Source of the DNA: an uncultured Planctomycetaceae bacterium
Lineage (GTDB): Bacteria > Planctomycetota > Planctomycetia > Planctomycetales > Planctomycetaceae
Length of the DNA: 64,000 nucleotides
NCBI GenBank assembly: GCA_963813715.1
Contig: CAWFAK010000007.1
Coordinates: forward strand, 160,001-224,000
Reading direction: 5' to 3'
Under the pieces are notes generated by a model, which had not been told where the DNA came from, did not search any database, and was given only the letters and a program-made list of their open reading frames with translations. This document shows, one piece after another, positions 59,603-64,000 of the stretch. The position numbers were made by a program, and so were the translations under genes. Every line of letters starts with the position of its first letter. Position 1 is the first letter of the stretch.

Positions 59603-61964
59603 TCTTCTTCTTCGTCTTCCTCGTCCTCGTCGCCTGCCGTCACGCCGACCAGTTCGCGGCCTTCGCCCCCCTTGAGCTCTTGCCACTGCTCAAAGGTGAA
59701 GAGCACTTCGCGGGCTTGTGAGCCGTTGTATTCGCCGACGATGCCGTCTTCGGCCATGTAGTCGATGAGGCGGGCACCGCGGCCGTAGCCAACACCCAGG
59801 GCTCGCTGCAAGAGCGAGACGCTGCCGCGGCCTTCGCGAATCACGACTTCGACGGCCTGGTCGTACATGTCGTCGCGCTCGCGGGTGCGCCCGACTGAGC
59901 TTTGCCGTCGGCCGACTTCACGCTGAGCTGCGCCAATTCCGGACTGTACTGCGGCTCGTAACCGCTGAAGAACTCGATGACGTTGTTGACCTCGTCGTCG
60001 GCGACGAAGCTTCCCTGAGCGCGGGTCAGATGGCTCGTGCCCGGGGCCAGATACAGCATGTCGCCGTTGCCCAACAGCCGCTCGGCCCCCATTTCGTCGA
60101 GCACTACGCGGCTGTCGGTGCGACTCGAGACCTGGAACGCGATCCGCGCCGGCAGGTTCGACTTGATGAGGCCGGTGATGACGTCGACGGTCGGCTTCTG
60201 CGTCGCCAGCACCAGGTGGATGCCGACGGCACGCGACTTCTGCGCCAGACGGATGATGTGCCCTTCGACGTCCTTGCCCGAGGTCATCATCATGTCGGCC
60301 ATTTCGTCGGCGATGATCACGATGTACGGCATCGACTCGGGAATCCGTTCGGCTTCGTCCGAATCGGGATCGAGGCCCAGCTTCTCGAGCACGGCCTCTT
60401 TGCCGAGCTTGTTGTAGCTGTCGAGGTGGCGGACGCCGACCTGGGCGAGCAGGTCGTATCGCTCTTCCATCTTGTCGACGGCCCACGCCAGCACGGCCTC
60501 GGCCTTCTTCATGTCGGTGATGACCGGGTGCATCAGGTGCGGCACGCGCTTGTACGGGCTGAGCTCGACCATCTTCGGGTCGATCAAGATCATCTTCACC
60601 TGGTCGGGGCTGCGGGTCATCAGCATCGACAGGATCAGCGTGTTGAGGCAGACGCTCTTGCCCGTGCCCGTGCGGCCGGCGATCAACAGGTGGGGCATCT
60701 TGGCGAGGTCGACGGCCAGCGGGCGACCGCTGACGTCCTTGCCCAGGAAGATCGGAATCCGCATCTTGTCGATGGCTTCCGGACAGGCCTCGATGATTTC
60801 CCGCAGGCGGACCAGCACCTGCTTCTCGTTGGGCACCTCGACGCCGACCGTATTCTTGCCGGGAATCGACGGCACCACGCGCACCGACGGCACGCGGAGA
60901 GCGATCGCCAGGTCGTCGGCCAGCGCCGCGACTTTCGACAAGCGCAAGCCGGCCTCGAGCTCCAGCTCAAACTGTGTGACGACCGGCCCAGTGTCGATCT
61001 CGACGACGCGGACGTTCAGGTTGAAGTCCTTGAACGTCTTCTCCAGCACGACGGCGGCCGCTTGAGCTTTGCTCGCGAGCGTGTCGTACGGGAAATCCTC
61101 CGCCGGCTCCAGCAGGTCGAGCGAAGGCTTCTCGAACGGGCCGTTCGCACCGGAGCCGTTGCCGGCTTCCAGGCGTTCGAGCACTTCGTCGCGCATCGAT
61201 TTGGCGGTAACCGGCGGATTCACCTTAATCGGCAGCTTCGACTTTGCAGGCGGCTTCGAAGTCGTGACAGCCCCCTGGGCGGGGGCGGCCGCTTTCTTTT
61301 TCGACTTGTCTTTGGGCTTCTCGGGAGGCGGATCGTCGTCTTCCTCTTCCTCCTCCTCTTCTTTGGTGGCGACATCGTCCGCATCGGCGTCGGCCGGCGA
61401 GCGGCGGCGGAACACCCGGCCGATCATGCGGAACGGGAAGAAGACGACGGCAAACCCCAGCCACACCAGCGACAGCTCGCCGGCAATCAGCAGGCCGGCC
61501 GCCAGGCACGTGGCGATGAGGATCGAAATGCCTTCGGGCGAGAAGTAGCGTTCCATAATCGCCAGGCCCATCGCACCGGCAAAGCCGCCGCTGCCCACCA
61601 CGTTCGCCCCACTCAGTTCGGGAGCAAAACGTTGCAGCAACATGCAGACGCCGCTAAGGCCGAGCACCACCCCGAAGAGTCGCACCACGTGGTCGGTCGG
61701 CCCATTCCGCAGAAAGAGCCGCAGATCCATCATGAAGAGCGAGAAGACCAGGAAGAACGAGCCGAAGCCCAGCATCGAGTGCAGGTGATAAGCGGTCTGG
61801 GCGCCGTAGGGGCCGCAGATATTCAACGCGTTCTGGCGAGCCGGAAAGACGACGTGCCCGGGCGGGTCGACGGGGTCATAGCTCCACAGGCACACGGCCA
61901 GGAAGACGCACAGTGCCAACAGGCACAGGGCGAAGAGGTCGGTGCGGAGGCGACGCAAGTCCAT
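59599..61964 (-). CDS. ftsK: DNA translocase FtsK/SpoIIIE; apparent frameshift near 59890
   Basis: 4TM N-domain (NICGPYGA), GPVVTQFE, PHLLIAGRTGTGKSV, IDPKMVEL, IADEMAD, LATQKP, GAERLLGNGDML, gamma domain SVSLLQRALGVGYGRGARLID. Confidence 0.96.
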
Positions 61965-62429
61965 CGGGCAGATTCCAGGTGAGCGGCAGCGAGCGACGGC
62001 GTCGGCCGGCGCGCACCGCGAGCGTGGGATGCCGCCCGCGCGTCGGACCATCTCCTCGGTCCGACGCCCGGACGCACCCCGGCGACACACCACCAATCAC
62101 AAAATCGCGACGGAAACAAGGGCCATCAATTGGCTTTTGGCGCGCACCGCGAACGCATGACGGAATGGACGGCAAATCGACAAGCGATTTGAACCGCGAC
62201 TCCGCAACTCGTCGTGATACGCTCAAGTGAGCGTTCCTGCTCGCCACAAACTTATCACGCGGGCGGAGCGACGTCGGAAAAAAGCAACGTCTTCTGTTGT
62301 TTTTTGGCAACGTGCCACCACTTTTCGCAAAACTTCCGAAGATGCGACGGGCGGCAGGCGGTCAGCCGCTGTTCGGACGTTACAAAACCGCCGGGACCGC
62401 TCAAGTCGCCGCCGCCGAGTGCGCCGTAG

Positions 62430-62790
62430 AGGGACGAATCCCGTCCCGTTCGCAGCTACTGGAGAGTCCCACCCCGTTCGATCCGTGAGAGAGTCCCGTC
62501 CCGTCGGTCCGTTAGAGGGACCCATGTCGTTCGGACCGCTAGATTCGTCAAACGTGTCCGGACCGGATCCTGGACCGGCTTGATTCACTTCACCACAAAG
62601 GCACCAAGACACAAAGGAATGCGAAGGCTTTGTGTCTTCGTGTCCCCGTCCCGAGTTTTCCAGCCCCCAACAGGGCGCGACAGCTATAGCCTGTGTCGGA
62701 GCGCAGCGCAGGCCCAGGACCCCGAGGGCCCGCCCTGCTTCCAATCTTCTCCCCTCTCCCCTCGTGGGAGGAGGAGCCGGGGGTGAGGGA
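62430..62790. repeat. Mosaic of GTCC-rich element words and several REP-like units
   Basis: GTCC words 62437-62565; AAGACACAAAG...CTTTGTGTCTT hairpin 62606-62638; AGCCCCCAACAGGGCG..ATAGCCTG..CCCAGG 62662-62718; CTCCCCTCTCCC..GGGAG..GCCGGGGGTGAGGG 62749-62789. Confidence 0.65.
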
Positions 62791-63735
62791 GCGTTCCGCT
62801 CATCGCTAACTGGATCGCCGCTGACCGGTGGGACTCTCAGCGGTGGGTCCATCCCCCTTATATCAATTCACGGAGACCCGTCCCGGCGGGACCACTTTTA
62901 GGCGGACCCGGCGGGACAACTTGTCCCGCGCGCGCGGGGATCTTTTTCCCCTCCTGTGTGAAAAAAGGATCCCCACCACCAGCAGCGACGAAAGTTTTGT
63001 CACGGCGGGGATCTTTGTCCCCGGCGCGCGGTGGGGCGCAATTCTCTCGAACCCGACTCGCTGCCGTCGGACTGGGGCATCGCGACGCCGCGCGGCCGAG
63101 CTCGGGCGACGTGGTCAACTTTCTCGTGGTCAACTACCTAGTGAAAGAAGGTGACCACACCACACCCCACTGCGGTTAAATTCTCGTGAGCCAGCTCTCT
63201 GACTCATCGGGCTTCTGAATTCCGCCTGCAGTCCGGACCCAATCGCCAGCCTACCCGGCTTTTCGCGGTGCGCGGAGCCCGTGTTTCTATGGGCGTGGAA
63301 ACAACTCGAAAAGGCGTTTGGACGCCCCGGGGGTCACCGGGACTGCCGGCGATCTGCACGCCGAACCCACCCGACCGAGAGCGTCCCCGGTCGCAAATCG
63401 GTTCTCACCGCTCACACATCGGTCGTTTGATGGCGGTCCCGAAAAACGGTTGAGATTTCGGCTCAGTCGCCAGGATCACGCCTGCCATCGATTCGACGAA
63501 GACAATTCCGCTTGCGTTTCGAGCGTTATAGGCGCGATGGAGAAGCTCGTCTGAGCTTCTCCGACTTGGGCAGCACGAATGGGTTGCCCTCGGCACAGAC
63601 TTCGGCGACGGGCGTTGCAGTTCCGACACCGCCGCCGGCTGGCCGCTGCAAAACGCGCGCTTGCACGCGATACCCGCGCCCGACACTCAGAGGATGACTT
63701 CACCACGCGTCCTGTGCTTTCGGTGTTGCCCGCGC

Positions 63736-63894
63736 TACAATTAGTTTGTCTCTGGGGCAAGGCAAGCGTGCGGTTCCAGAAGACATCGTCGGATGACTAG
63801 ATAAAGGGCGACCCGGCTGGGCCGGGGAGCCCGTTGACGAGTAAACCGACGTGGTCGAGTACTTCAAGGGTGCTCAGCCACGTCGGTTTTTTTT
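63736..63894 (+). promoter_or_regulatory. Candidate structured 5' leader (riboswitch/attenuator-like, class not recognised)
   Basis: TACAAT at 63736, two predicted stems, then a strong terminator; an RBS-like AAAGGA lies at the window end. Confidence 0.5.
63843..63894 (+). terminator. Intrinsic terminator
   Basis: AAACCGACGTGG...CCACGTCGGTTT stem ending in a run of eight T. Confidence 0.85.
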
Positions 63895-64000
63895 GGCCGG
63901 TGGACGACCGTAATAGCGAACCTTCGAGGGCCTTGTTTGAGGCTGTAGATTGCGAATCCGCACGAAACCTGTGCGGATTCCCTCCGTTGAAAGGATCTCA

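Noticed and set aside
63531..63562. Fluoride riboswitch (GCGATGGAG start)
   Set aside because: Lacks the rest of the consensus; it is a simple hairpin.
62100..63700. oriC or dif site near ftsK
   Set aside because: I found no DnaA-box cluster, AT-rich unwinding element or dif-like 28-mer by eye.
63786..63840. ZTP riboswitch (TGACT...CCGGGGAGC)
   Set aside because: No TGGCG loop or downstream CGCCTGGGC pseudoknot partner; kept as an unassigned leader.

Overview
High-GC bacterial chromosome segment that looks planctomycete: DUF1549/1553 and DUF1592/1552 cytochrome modules, mch plus an Orf5-like ligase, and a satellite BMC shell gene. It carries about 37 genes, mostly housekeeping or metabolic: 5-oxoprolinase, cyclophilin, DUF1445, mch, RimK-like ligase, SpoIIE phosphatase, uronate isomerase-like protein, a surface-glycosylation trio, nadC, ald, LysR-gltBD, prlC, valS, cimA and ftsK. 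Roughly two dozen single-base frameshifts, about six of them in valS, are best read as sequencing indels. No rRNA, tRNA or CRISPR array was seen. The most notable signals lie outside the ORF track: (1) a complete Val/Ile leader-peptide attenuator (promoter, 26-aa leader, antiterminator, terminator) upstream of cimA-valS; (2) an unassigned structured leader with a terminator and a 3-codon uORF at 63.74-63.89 kb; (3) a GTCC-rich non-coding element present at about 4.4-5.0 kb and again at about 62.4-62.65 kb; (4) a tandem-domain BMC gene packed between nadC and a GT-C membrane protein; (5) an IS1595 remnant with an uncharacterised passenger gene; (6) pyroglutamate-handling genes clustered with mch-orf5. 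All family calls come from motif recognition, not database searches.
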